IMG/VR virus record: IMGVR_UViG_3300035182_002586
Span: 248,001-312,000 of that record
Length of the DNA: 64,000 nt
Strand: one strand, 5' to 3'
A program made the position numbers and the translations under genes. Positions 1 through 9,810 of this stretch are shown here, one piece after another (within the stretch, counting starts at the first letter, position 1; the number at the start of each line of letters is the position of its first letter). The notes beneath the pieces are model-generated. The model did not search any database and was not told the DNA's origin. It was given only the letters and a program-made list of their open reading frames with translations.

Positions 1-1650
1 CGCGCTACCAGTCGGCTGCCCGCCACCAAGAGCGAACCATGAGCCGGCCTGGCGCGAGTAGAGCGCAGACGAAGCATCCGTGCCGTCCGTGCGAAGGAAG
101 AGGGATCCGTTCGCTTCGTTGGAGACGGGCACCCCCGTTCCCGAGGTGAGCGTGGGACCGCTCGTGGAAGCGACCTGGAGCTTCGCGCCCGTGATCGTGC
201 CGGTTGTCAGGATGTTCTGCGCACCGAAGTTCGGGGAGATCTTCGTACCAGCGATGCCCGCCCCGGAGGCGACGTTCGCATCCCCGATGTAGTCATAGGC
301 CAGCGCCGACACGCCCGAGACCTGGAGGACATGCCCTGTGGTCAGAGCACCGGAAGCGGGGACGGAGGCTCCGTTGATCTTCACGACCGCAGGGGTCGCC
401 GCACTTCCGGACAGGTCTCCGGCGAGGATGATGGCGCCCTGCGCGCCGACGGTCGCCGAGGGGAGGTCGCCCGCCGTGAGAGCGGCGTACGTGAGCGATG
501 TCGCACCGAGAGCCTTGAGGAACTGCCCGGCCAAGGGTGCGGAACCAGGGGCCGTCACCCCATTCAGCTTCGCGACTGTGGGGCTGGGGTACGTCCCCGA
601 GAGATCTCCGCCAGCGCTGCCCGAAGGTGTCGTGGAGACGGTTGCCCACGTGGGGTCTGCTCCGGCGCCGTTCGTCTGGAGGAGCTGCCCCGAAGAGCCT
701 GCCGCGAGTCGTGTCCACTGCGTACCATTGAAGAAGAGAACGTCCCCACGAGTCTGGCTGGTGATCGAGAGGTCGGTGATCCCGACGGTCGTAGCGCCGA
801 TCAGGTTCCCGGCAGCATTCGTACGAACGTAGGCGTTGGCCGCCAGAGAGACCGGGGCGACCCGCGAAACGAGCCAGTCGGTCCCGTCGTAGACCGCCTC
901 CGCGTCGTACACAGACGTCCCACTGACCGGGGCCGTGAAGGTGGCGATTGCCGGCCCCCCGACACCGTTGTGGAGCACGAACCCGCCCGAGGTCGAAGCG
1001 ATCGAGAGCAGGTAGCGGACCGTCTTGCCGATGGCAGTCCCGGTCGTCACCAGCTCCTCTGTGTAGGCACCGGTTCCTGTGGCGAGCAGGATGCGATAGG
1101 GCTTGTCCGTGCCATCCGTGTACGGAACGACCGACGCCGAGGAGCTGGTGTAGTTGATTCGTTGGACGTTGCCGACCCAACGGCCCACACGCGTGCGAAC
1201 GAACCTCAGATAGGCATCGAGCTGATCGTTCGTTGTAGCGTCCGCTCGACCTGCCCAACCCGCCGCGATCGCCAGTGTGGGCGTCGCGCCGATGTTGTGC
1301 ATGTTTGACGACTGGCCCGGACTCGGAAGGATCATCCCGTCTTCGTCAGCGACGCCGAAGAAGCGGATGTCCACCGTGGTCCCCGAGAGGTCCACACGCG
1401 TCAGCTTGACGAGGTATACGCCGTCGAGGGTCGGAGGGTCGACCGTGGCAACCTGTGCGGTGGGGTTCGTGATGCTAGGTGGCGACGACAGGGGGCTCGG
1501 CCAGGAGACGATCTGCCAGCTCCAGCTCGTCGCTCCAGGGCCGGCAGCGTCCGTGAGAGTGACGGGCAGGCCGCGCACGAAGCCGAGCACCGACTGGCCG
1601 TTGCCGCCGATGTTCGCACCCTGCGTGAACTGGATCATCGCCTGAGCCAT
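1..1650 (-). CDS. Tail fibre-like virion protein (3'-truncated by window edge)
   Basis: Not in the ORF track because there is no stop in the window. ATG at 1650 overlaps the upstream TGA (TGATG). Manual translation begins MAQAMIQFTQGANIGGNGQSVLGF, is Gly/Ala/Thr-rich and has repeated GDLSG..P.V.K[LI]NG motifs typical of fibre shafts. Confidence 0.7.
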   Translation of the reverse strand, partial: MAQAMIQFTQGANIGGNGQSVLGFVRGLPVTLTDAAGPGATSWSWQIVSWPSPLSSPPSITNPTAQVATVDPPTLDGVYLVKLTRVDLSGTTVDIRFFGVADEDGMILPSPGQSSNMHNIGATPTLAIAAGWAGRADATTNDQLDAYLRFVRTRVGRWVGNVQRINYTSSSASVVPYTDGTDKPYRILLATGTGAYTEELVTTGTAIGKTVRYLLSIASTSGGFVLHNGVGGPAIATFTAPVSGTSVYDAEAVYDGTDWLVSRVAPVSLAANAYVRTNAAGNLIGATTVGITDLSITSQTRGDVLFFNGTQWTRLAAGSSGQLLQTNGAGADPTWATVSTTPSGSAGGDLSGTYPSPTVAKLNGVTAPGSAPLAGQFLKALGATSLTYAALTAGDLPSATVGAQGAIILAGDLSGSAATPAVVKINGASVPASGALTTGHVLQVSGVSALAYDYIGDANVASGAGIAGTKISPNFGAQNILTTGTITGAKLQVASTSGPTLTSGTGVPVSNEANGSLFLRTDGTDASSALYSRQAGSWFALGGGQPTGSA

Positions 1651-2426
1651 CAGATCCTCGCACCCCCCGCTCGAAGCGGGGCTAGTCGTCGGTGGATGAA
1701 CGTTGCAGAGACCCCAAGCTGTTTGGCCACTTCCACTTTGGTCAACCCTTGGCTCAGAAGGGAGAGAATCTCAGACGTGCTCAGGTCTGAACGCCAAGCG
1801 TGGTGATTTTGTCCCCCGGCCTTCCCCCGTCGTGAAGCGGACACTTTAGCTCTGACTTCCGCCGACAGCTCTTTGCCCTTCATCGAAGAGGGGCGGCCAA
1901 GATTCGCCAGACGGACGGCATCACGAACATGCGGGGGTCGAGGGACACCGCGCTTTGCGGCTGCGAGCCGTTCGTAGTGTTCCGAAGGGTTCGGATTCCG
2001 ACCCTTCATAAGCTGGGACATCATCGCACACCACTCCGGCGTGTGCTTTGGTTTGGGTACACCTCGCTGAGCAGCCGCAGTCTTTTCTACGGATGCCTTT
2101 GAGGGGTGGAACCCTGCCCTCCCACCACCCCCGTCAGACAAGTTCACAAGGCGCACCCCGTCATGTCGAGCCTGTGTGATCATCTCGATCTCAGCTACAT
2201 CCAAATCCTCTTGCGAAGTGGCACACGCAAGAGACTGGATGATGGGCCGACCCCCTCGTCCCACTACCCCCTTGAGCCAGCGAGCCAAGTAGGAGTGGCG
2301 ACGGAGGCTCGAAGGGCACAGGTGGGCCTTGAGGCGAAGCTCCACTGGGTTCTTCGTCGTTTGCCCAATGTACCGCAGCTCTCCGCTGTCGGGGTCGTAG
2401 AGACCGTAGATAAAGCCGTGGAGCAA
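1650..2426 (-). CDS. GIY-YIG homing endonuclease with NUMOD3-like repeats and C-terminal HTH
   Basis: GFIYGLYDPDSGELRYIGQT motif, then LVNLSDGGGG, K-rich NUMOD3-like repeats and a C-terminal HTH (TKVEVAKQLGVS). Start moved to TTG 2426 after the upstream stop at 2431. Confidence 0.85.
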   Translation of the reverse strand: MLHGFIYGLYDPDSGELRYIGQTTKNPVELRLKAHLCPSSLRRHSYLARWLKGVVGRGGRPIIQSLACATSQEDLDVAEIEMITQARHDGVRLVNLSDGGGGRAGFHPSKASVEKTAAAQRGVPKPKHTPEWCAMMSQLMKGRNPNPSEHYERLAAAKRGVPRPPHVRDAVRLANLGRPSSMKGKELSAEVRAKVSASRRGKAGGQNHHAWRSDLSTSEILSLLSQGLTKVEVAKQLGVSATFIHRRLAPLRAGGARI

Positions 2427-2430
2427 GGGT

Positions 2431-2946
2431 CTACCCCACCTGTACGGAATATTGAATCGTGAGGGTGTCGTTCGTGAAGAGCGTGCGCTGGGGGAAGGGG
2501 ATCTCATGCGCCATGTTGCCCGCGACCGGCGCATCGAAGAGAGCCGTCTTCTGGATGCCCTGTGAGACGAGGCCCGTGTACGTGAAGACGTACTGGAGGA
2601 TCGTCTGGTTGCCGGACCCCGTGGGCAACGTGACCGTGCTAAGGGCTCGGGAGAGTCCGTTGCCAGACAGCTCTCCTGGAAGTGTTAGGTCTCCGGCCGC
2701 AGGGGCCGCAGGGTCGTTGGAGAGCGCGATGTAGTTCAGGCCCCCACCAAGGGAGGCGCGCTGTCCCGCCGAACCGTAGAGGTACGTGTGGAGGGTGACC
2801 CTGCCCGCATCGGTGAGGATGTTGAGCCCCTCACACTCGTCGATCGTCCTGTAGGTGTAGATCCCCGTGCGTTCGTCGTAGTCGACCGGACGCTGATGGG
2901 TGATCCGAGCCTTGGCGCGGCGGACAAGGGTGGTCTCGTTGAGCAT
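2431..2946 (-). CDS. Virion structural protein (tail fibre/baseplate-associated)
   Basis: ATG 2946 with a GGGGAGG SD. Sequence NYIALS...ELSGNGLSRA...TLTIQY resembles small fibre-proximal structural proteins. Confidence 0.6.
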   Translation of the reverse strand: MLNETTLVRRAKARITHQRPVDYDERTGIYTYRTIDECEGLNILTDAGRVTLHTYLYGSAGQRASLGGGLNYIALSNDPAAPAAGDLTLPGELSGNGLSRALSTVTLPTGSGNQTILQYVFTYTGLVSQGIQKTALFDAPVAGNMAHEIPFPQRTLFTNDTLTIQYSVQVG

Positions 2947-3007
2947 GTGGGCGGGTCCTCCCCCTCCCCGGGGGATAAGAAAACCAGCGGCCCCCACGCC
3001 CTAACGT

Positions 3008-3820
3008 TCAGAAATCGGAGCCGTGCGGCTCTCCCGTGACGGCCTGGCTCTTCTTCGCGCCGAGACGGTTGCGGTCCCGGATGCCAGCCCAGTACGAGCG
3101 AAAGTCGTCGTACCAGTAGGCTGACAGGTGCCACCGCATCGAGTCGAGGACCTTCCCGAAGGTGTCGTTCGGCTTGTACCGGTCGGTGAAGATGTACCGG
3201 ATCCGGAAGAGCGTGTGGGCGGGCCGGATGATGTCCAGTAGGATGCGGGTCGCCGAGTCGAGGGCGAAAACGTCCGTCGGGAAGGCCCCGCCAGTCAGCA
3301 CGTCCACCTGGAAGCCGAACTGGTCGGAGATGTCGTACCCACTGGCGCCAGCCCGAACGAGCAGAAAGTTCTCGGTGACCTGGATCGCGTCGTTCTTGAA
3401 GAAGAGCGCCACCGCGTCCGACATGGACTTCGGGACCGACCCTTGGAAGTAGATGCCGACTAGGGCGAGCAGGAAGTTGCGGAACTCCACGTCATCGAAG
3501 GCGAGCGGAGGGAGCTTGCCGTTCAGAAGCAAGAGGTAGCCGACGATGGAGTAGAGGAAGTCGCTGCGGGTCGTGGGGAAGGACCGGTCTCGGCCCACGT
3601 CCTCCAGGGACAGCTCGATGCGGGCCAGCTCTACGGCAACAGCTTTCAGCTCGTTCGTGTAGTTCGGGCCTTGGATCGTCGAGATGTAGTTGGACGGGAG
3701 GAGCCCGAGGAGGGTCGAGAGGATCGACTGGGCGCGACCGAGCAGACGGAGGTTGTACTCCTTGCCCGACTGTTCGATCGTATAGTTGAGCCGGTTCGGA
3801 TCGTTCTGAAACCGCGCCAT
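3008..3820 (-). CDS. Baseplate wedge protein (P2 gpI-like position)
   Basis: Lies immediately downstream of the J-like gene; LLDIIRPAHT motif; 270 aa. Confidence 0.55.
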   Translation of the reverse strand: MARFQNDPNRLNYTIEQSGKEYNLRLLGRAQSILSTLLGLLPSNYISTIQGPNYTNELKAVAVELARIELSLEDVGRDRSFPTTRSDFLYSIVGYLLLLNGKLPPLAFDDVEFRNFLLALVGIYFQGSVPKSMSDAVALFFKNDAIQVTENFLLVRAGASGYDISDQFGFQVDVLTGGAFPTDVFALDSATRILLDIIRPAHTLFRIRYIFTDRYKPNDTFGKVLDSMRWHLSAYWYDDFRSYWAGIRDRNRLGAKKSQAVTGEPHGSDF

Positions 3821-3834
3821 TCAGACCCTCCCCG

Positions 3835-6800
3835 TCACGTTGCCGACCTGTAAGTGATCGTGAAGTCACCCAGGGTGATGAACTCGACCATCGCCGCAGA
3901 GATGTCGTGGGCGCCCTTGTCCCCGTTGATGACGTAGCTAGCTGCGTACGCGTGGTTCCCGGGGTTGTCCGGGGGAAGCCCCGCACCCGACATGGAGACG
4001 ATGATGTGGTTTGCGGTCCGCTGGAGAAGAGCAGCGGCTCGGGTCTCCGGGGTCGTGTACCCCGCCGCGATCAGCGTCGCGTCGTCCGTGTATCCTGCGA
4101 TCACGGCACCCGTCGCACCGATGATGAACGCCTGCTTCGGTGCGAAGGCCACCTGGGAGAGCGTCGAGGCGAGCGCCATGCTCACGTCATCCTGGAAGAC
4201 CCCCTTATGCTGAGTCTTCGTCCCGCCCCCGTCCGTGGTCGGGTACTGGAGGGGGTTCGTCAGGATGTACGCGACGTTGGCTCCGATCGCGAGGGTCGGG
4301 AGGGCCAAGTAGGTGGAGAGGATCGACTCCCGTAGCTTGCGCGATCCGTTGGCGTAGGCCGTCTTGGCGTACGGCACAGGGGAGTAGTCCACGCCTGTCG
4401 TCGAGTCGATCACCCTGATGATGTCCGACTGCGCGATCCCCTGGCCGATCGTCTTGCTGTCCAGCTCGTTGCTCAGCCCCGTACGAACGGCCGGGTCCAC
4501 CTTGTCCTTAGTCGACCCCTTGAGGAGCTGGATGGTCGTCTCGATGTCGATGGGGTTCTCGACCGCCTGCTTCACGAGGACATCTGCCGTCACGTGTCGA
4601 CGGACGTTGACCGTCTGTTGCAACTCCAGGAGGAGGTCGTTGACGACGTATGTGACCGTGAAGTTCTCGTCGTGCACGTAGTCGACCGAGACCTGCTGCC
4701 CGTTCGAGATGGTGGACGCTGCGGTGCGCACGATCTTCACGGGGGTCGTTGCTGTACCGACGATGATGTCGAAGTCCGGGCTGACGGCGCTCGGCCCTGA
4801 GTACTCGATCGTGCGCGCCTGGTTGAAGACGCGAATCGTCTCGGTGTTGATGCCGATCGAGAGAAGGGGCTCCTGCACGAACCCTACAAGGACGTGGGCT
4901 TCGTCGTTGACGGTGAGGGTGTTCCCGCTCGGGACGCCGCTGACCTGGTTGATCGAGAGGTAGTCCTGAGCGATCGTGCTTTCACCCGTGAGAAGAGGGT
5001 CGTCTGTCTTGTAGAGGTCATAGCCGAGCGTGGTGTCGAGCGGCCCGGAGACCTCCCCGACGACAGAGACGACACGGCGGACCGGCTGGAGCGTGAACCG
5101 GAACTGGTTGATGACGCGGAAGCGGTAGTCCGCGATGATCACGTCATCGATGTGGGTGACCGGCTGCGCGATCGCGGTGTTGATCTTGAACGTCTGATAG
5201 TCGAGGATCGTCACGCCCGTGAGGTCGTACGTGAGACCCGTCGTGGCGTTGCGGACCCCAAGACCCTGCGCGGGGTTGTTGAGGACCTCGACGATGGGGG
5301 TCGTGGGCGTGACGCGTGAGTCGAGGACGCGGAAGACGAGGTTGGTCAGGTCGATGATCGCACACTGGATGTCACGTGCGATCTCGAAGGTGAACGCGAA
5401 GGTGTCCGAGACCTGGCGCTCTCGGAGGCCCTGCACCCAGATGTCGACTTTGCCCCCAATATGCTTGCCTCGAACGGGGTCGTAGTCCCGCATCATGAGG
5501 GGGTCGCCGCTCTTGACGACCTTGGCCTTGATGATGCCGATTTCCTCGGCTGCGGTGGCTGCGTAGCCGCCTTCCGTACCCGTGTCGACAGAGGAGTAGG
5601 CGAGCTGTGCGCGCGTCGCGAGGTCTGCGTTCGACTCTCGGTCCGTGCCGAAGACCGTCGACTCCGTGTTCGTGACCGACACCCCGGAGACCCCGGTGAT
5701 GTTCTTGATGGTCCCTGCGGATCGGTTCCCCGTGGAGCCAGTGTTCTCGGCCACGATGTCTACGATCAGCTCGTAGCGTTTGGTGTCGAAGTTGTAGAAG
5801 GCCGATGCGTTCGCAGCGGGCAGCGTGTACGAACCACCGATGCGGAAGCGAACGGAGGACAGGTTGTTCGTGGGGTCCGAGTCGGTCGACACGAACGACC
5901 CCGCCGGCACTACGATGTCCTGCGTGGGCTTGGCGTTCGTGTAAACCACTGCCTGACCCACGGCGGGGCGACCGGGGAGGCGCTTCTTGTTCTCGTTGGC
6001 CGCGAGCTTGTCGAACTGCTGATCGATGAGGTTCTGCACCGAGGCATCGTCAGGGAGGCCGAGAGCTGCCTTAAGGGCCTGCTTGTAGGCGCTGCTGGCG
6101 ACGGCATCCGACACACCCGTGCCGTTCACGTCGTCAACCTGGATCAGCGTCAAGAAGCTCTGCGAGCGGTGCACGAAGTCGACGATGAACCAGATGCGCT
6201 CGGCCTCTGAGGCGAAGGGGTCGATCGACACATCACGGGTCGTGGACCCAGGGATGAGCGCGATACTGCTGTTGACCTGCTGCACCTGCGTCAGGTAGTC
6301 GAGCGTGACCTGAAACTGCGTGCGTCCGGGCAGGTCCCGGATCGTGGTGTCGATGACGAGAGGGGCACCGAGGACTTCCTGCGAGTAGGAGGTCTCGATC
6401 TCCTTGTTGTTCGTCTTGTCGTAGTAGACGCCGGTGACGACGTAGTAGAGGGGCTGCGTGTCGTCCACGCCCGTGAACTGGTCGGAGTTCGTGATCCCTG
6501 CACCACCCGCGCGGTTGTGGCGGAAGTACACGTACTGGTCGAGCCGGTAGTTCTCCAGGGTGCTGGAGAACCGGAGGTTGTCGGTGAACGAACTCGTCAG
6601 GTAGACCCTGTTGAGACGCTCGTTGAGGACGTTGTTGAACGCGTCCTCCTCCGTCACCTTGACGCGCACGTAGGTGTAGGTCGGGTCCGTCCACGAGGTC
6701 TGATCCGAGAAGGTCGTGAAGACTGTCTCGCTGAACAAGGTCGTGGAGAGCACGGGCCTCTCATTGACCTTGAAGTACCCGGTCGAGCCACCGGGTGACG

Positions 6801-7296
6801 ATGAGGCGTAGAAGTTGAACCCCAAGAAGTCCAGGGTCAGGGGGATGACCGTTGCGACGTTGCCGAGGAAGGACACCGTGGGTACGGGCACGGCCGCGAG
6901 GATGTCCACCGTGTCCCGGCGGCGACGCACGCTCACGCCCGTAGGGATCGTAGCACCCGTGTCTGAGAGGATGCTGACTCTCGTGATCACGGCCGTGGAT
7001 GTGGCGCTCACGCCCCCCACGATGTCGATCGTTCGGATGGCGATGGTGTTGACGCCGAAGTCGAGGAGCAGCCCTGACGGGTAGGAGGCCGGGTTCGGGA
7101 TCGTGAACGTCAGCAGGTCCAGAAGAACGAGTGTCGGATCCGAAACGAAGGCAGCCCCGTTGATCGACACCTGGATCGCAGCCGTGTCTACTCCGACCGT
7201 ACCGGTCAGAACCACAGCCTCCTGGTTCGTGGTGAACACCAGGTTCGTAGTGAACCCGGTTCCGTCCCTGAGTGCGATCTGAGGAGCCGATGCCAT
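3835..7296 (-). CDS. Baseplate wedge J/gp6-like protein
   Basis: Central segment VPAGSFVST...AENTGSTGN..AGTI..ITGVSGVSVTN...GTDRESNADL...GTEGGY matches the Baseplate_J pattern; 1153 aa. Confidence 0.8.
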   Translation of the reverse strand: MASAPQIALRDGTGFTTNLVFTTNQEAVVLTGTVGVDTAAIQVSINGAAFVSDPTLVLLDLLTFTIPNPASYPSGLLLDFGVNTIAIRTIDIVGGVSATSTAVITRVSILSDTGATIPTGVSVRRRRDTVDILAAVPVPTVSFLGNVATVIPLTLDFLGFNFYASSSPGGSTGYFKVNERPVLSTTLFSETVFTTFSDQTSWTDPTYTYVRVKVTEEDAFNNVLNERLNRVYLTSSFTDNLRFSSTLENYRLDQYVYFRHNRAGGAGITNSDQFTGVDDTQPLYYVVTGVYYDKTNNKEIETSYSQEVLGAPLVIDTTIRDLPGRTQFQVTLDYLTQVQQVNSSIALIPGSTTRDVSIDPFASEAERIWFIVDFVHRSQSFLTLIQVDDVNGTGVSDAVASSAYKQALKAALGLPDDASVQNLIDQQFDKLAANENKKRLPGRPAVGQAVVYTNAKPTQDIVVPAGSFVSTDSDPTNNLSSVRFRIGGSYTLPAANASAFYNFDTKRYELIVDIVAENTGSTGNRSAGTIKNITGVSGVSVTNTESTVFGTDRESNADLATRAQLAYSSVDTGTEGGYAATAAEEIGIIKAKVVKSGDPLMMRDYDPVRGKHIGGKVDIWVQGLRERQVSDTFAFTFEIARDIQCAIIDLTNLVFRVLDSRVTPTTPIVEVLNNPAQGLGVRNATTGLTYDLTGVTILDYQTFKINTAIAQPVTHIDDVIIADYRFRVINQFRFTLQPVRRVVSVVGEVSGPLDTTLGYDLYKTDDPLLTGESTIAQDYLSINQVSGVPSGNTLTVNDEAHVLVGFVQEPLLSIGINTETIRVFNQARTIEYSGPSAVSPDFDIIVGTATTPVKIVRTAASTISNGQQVSVDYVHDENFTVTYVVNDLLLELQQTVNVRRHVTADVLVKQAVENPIDIETTIQLLKGSTKDKVDPAVRTGLSNELDSKTIGQGIAQSDIIRVIDSTTGVDYSPVPYAKTAYANGSRKLRESILSTYLALPTLAIGANVAYILTNPLQYPTTDGGGTKTQHKGVFQDDVSMALASTLSQVAFAPKQAFIIGATGAVIAGYTDDATLIAAGYTTPETRAAALLQRTANHIIVSMSGAGLPPDNPGNHAYAASYVINGDKGAHDISAAMVEFITLGDFTITYRSAT

Positions 7297-7297
7297 C

Positions 7298-7885
7298 TCA
7301 GGCTACCTTCCTGTGCAAGTGTGTACGAATTCGGTGGCAGTTGGCGCACACTACGTCGCACTTGGCGACTTCCGCCAAGATTCTGTCCTTCCGCCAACCC
7401 AACATCAGGCTGATAGATGCCACCTTGTCTCCGCGCACGTGGTCAAAGTCCATGACCACAGGAGGGAAGGTTTGTTGACAGTCAGCGCACGGGCGATCCT
7501 TAAGGGAGTCGATCCATCTCCTCCGTTCGGAAAGAGCTGCGCGTTTGTACCCTTGCTCTTTTCGGTAGGTCCTACAACAAACCAGACACCACGAGGATCT
7601 CCCAGATCCGGAAGACTTCTTTGGGTATTCCTTTAGCTTCTTTGAGGCCCCACACTTCGTGCAGGCTTTCTCCCCGAAAACAGGTGTAATCCTCCGTGAG
7701 ATTCCGGTTCTGGTTGCTGCCGCTGCCTTTACCCTAGCAGTGCGTGAAGCCACCGACTTCTCGCCATACCTTTGGATCCACCACACCCGAACCGTGCGGA
7801 ACCCTACACCTAGCCGAGCGGCCACCTTTTTGATGGGCTCATTGGTGTTGAACGCTGCGTAGGCACTTTCGAGAGGGGTTCGCAT
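7298..7885 (-). CDS. HNH homing endonuclease
   Basis: N-terminal HTH, CxxC pairs and CADC...FDHVRG...KCDVVCANCHRIRT HNH motif; codon usage differs from the flanking genes. Confidence 0.85.
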   Translation of the reverse strand: MRTPLESAYAAFNTNEPIKKVAARLGVGFRTVRVWWIQRYGEKSVASRTARVKAAAATRTGISRRITPVFGEKACTKCGASKKLKEYPKKSSGSGRSSWCLVCCRTYRKEQGYKRAALSERRRWIDSLKDRPCADCQQTFPPVVMDFDHVRGDKVASISLMLGWRKDRILAEVAKCDVVCANCHRIRTHLHRKVA

Positions 7886-7890
7886 GCATG

Positions 7891-9030
7891 TTACCCGGTG
7901 AGCACATAGTCGTTGAGTGATTGGCGGATCTGCCCTTGTGCGGCCGTTGGGTCAACGAGAGAAAGTGGTGTCGGAAGCCTCAAGCCCCGATCCAATTGGA
8001 TGGGATCCCCAGAACGGTTTTGCACAACCACTTTAACGAACACGACGGTAGGGTCCTTCGTGCTCTGTTGGAGGTTCACCGCAGTGAGGGCGAAGGGGTA
8101 CTCACGGTCGGACACGTACTGCCCGGCACTCGTCTCCTGCTGGTGCTTGACGCTCTGCCAGCGTCGGAACGCCTGGTAGATATCCGACACGATGAGGTTC
8201 TGGATGAAGTTGTTCGGTGTGAGTTTCTTGCCCACCGTGTCGAGGAGGTTCGTCCCGTACCAGTCGTGAAATTGGTTGGACCCCAACACCGTATAGAAGA
8301 GCTTCTGGATCTCCTGGATCAGGAGCGCCTCGTCCACGACCTGGACCACTTCACCGTTGACTGCGTAGCGCCAGTCGTTCTCGGTGCCCGTGCCCCCGCA
8401 CCGACGGCACTCGTTGCGCTCCGTCGTGTAGTTGATCTCCACGTAGTCGTTGAAGCCGTGGACTGGCTCGTCGAAGACGATGAGGCGTCGTGGGCGGTCT
8501 GCGAGCGTGCGGGGGTCGCTGATGAGCGTCCACCCGGGCGCCACGTTGACGCCTCGCACCTGACGGTTCAGGGGGAACCCAATGGTCTGGTTGAGCGTGC
8601 TCCCAGCGGAAAGAAAGACGGTAGCTCCCTTACCTTCGTCCGCGGAGGTCATTTTCACACGCGACCCTGCGGCCGAGAACGTGACGCCCGCCACTCCCTG
8701 GTTGAGGAGCAAGACCATCTGGTCCAACGGCATCTTGTGTGAAGCCGGAAGAACCACGGTCTGAACGGCGCCTGTCCCCACCTGAATACGGAAGACGTTG
8801 TTCGCCCCCGTCTTGATGTTGAAGGGCGCGTCTCGTGTCCCGGTGAGCGTGGCAGAGATACGAGCACCGGCTGAGGGCACGTCGATAACCCCGTTCAGCC
8901 GCACCTTGACGGAGAGAGCGTTCGCGATCGGCCGGATCGGGGCCACCGTCTGTCGGTCGTCCGCGAAGTAGAGAGCCTCTTGCAGCACCCCGTGCGTGCA
9001 AGTCTGGTCGATTTGCCGGTCGTAGCTCAT
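7891..9030 (-). CDS. Baseplate wedge initiator (gp25/W-like C-terminal domain)
   Basis: C-terminal LLIQEIQKLFYTVLGSNQFHDWYGTNL resembles gp25-like proteins; baseplate gene context. Confidence 0.65.
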   Translation of the reverse strand: MSYDRQIDQTCTHGVLQEALYFADDRQTVAPIRPIANALSVKVRLNGVIDVPSAGARISATLTGTRDAPFNIKTGANNVFRIQVGTGAVQTVVLPASHKMPLDQMVLLLNQGVAGVTFSAAGSRVKMTSADEGKGATVFLSAGSTLNQTIGFPLNRQVRGVNVAPGWTLISDPRTLADRPRRLIVFDEPVHGFNDYVEINYTTERNECRRCGGTGTENDWRYAVNGEVVQVVDEALLIQEIQKLFYTVLGSNQFHDWYGTNLLDTVGKKLTPNNFIQNLIVSDIYQAFRRWQSVKHQQETSAGQYVSDREYPFALTAVNLQQSTKDPTVVFVKVVVQNRSGDPIQLDRGLRLPTPLSLVDPTAAQGQIRQSLNDYVLTG

Positions 9031-9773
9031 ACCGCCGTCCCTCCCTTTGACCCGGGGCTGACGATACCCTCCTCGAACGTACGCTCGATGCTCGCAGCCG
9101 TAGCTCCCTTGCCTTCGGGATCGTAGGGGGCGTAGGGGGCGTAAGCCTTCTTTCCGAAGGGGTCCGTCGACGTCGTGATCGCGCGGTAGGACTTGTCGGC
9201 GATGAGGTTCTGGATCTGCACGAACAGCCCTTCGAGGGAGCCTGTCGTGGTAGCACTCTGGTTGATCACCTTGAGGACGGCGATCTCTTGCTGGAGCTGG
9301 TCGGAGTAGTCGAGCAGACGACGGATCTTCCGCTCCAGGTACTCCTTTCGGTAGTCCAGCGTATCCAAGAACGGGGCACGGGCCTGCCCGATGAGTCGTG
9401 CGGAAGGGGCGTCACCAAGCCCCGGAGACCCCATGACATCCCCGTTCGAGAAGGTCTGCGGGCTACCGGTCTCGTCCCCCTTGAGCAAGAATACAGGCTG
9501 CCCTGCACTGCGGAGGTTCAAGTCGTAGTACGCGTCTCCCCCTAGGATCTCGTAGACCGCCAGGAGCTTGCCCAGGTAGGAGTCCACGGGGTCGGCCGTG
9601 AACCTCTTCGGTGTCCCGTCGCTGTTGTAGGCGAAGGCCAAGACCCCGACACGTTCCAGCTCTGCGGAGAGGTGGTCGATTCGGGCCGGTACGGTCGCAA
9701 GCTGCCCTCGGACGAACGCCGCGAAGCGATCGAACTGGCCCTGCGTGAATGTACCGAGAAAGTCGAACGCCAC
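9027..9773 (-). CDS. Hypothetical virion protein
   Basis: AGGAG SD, 4-bp overlap with the next gene, coiled-coil segment. Confidence 0.6.
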   Translation of the reverse strand: MAFDFLGTFTQGQFDRFAAFVRGQLATVPARIDHLSAELERVGVLAFAYNSDGTPKRFTADPVDSYLGKLLAVYEILGGDAYYDLNLRSAGQPVFLLKGDETGSPQTFSNGDVMGSPGLGDAPSARLIGQARAPFLDTLDYRKEYLERKIRRLLDYSDQLQQEIAVLKVINQSATTTGSLEGLFVQIQNLIADKSYRAITTSTDPFGKKAYAPYAPYDPEGKGATAASIERTFEEGIVSPGSKGGTAV

Positions 9774-9810
9774 CTGGGTCTCCTGCTAGAGCGGGCGATT
9801 AAGAGGTTCC

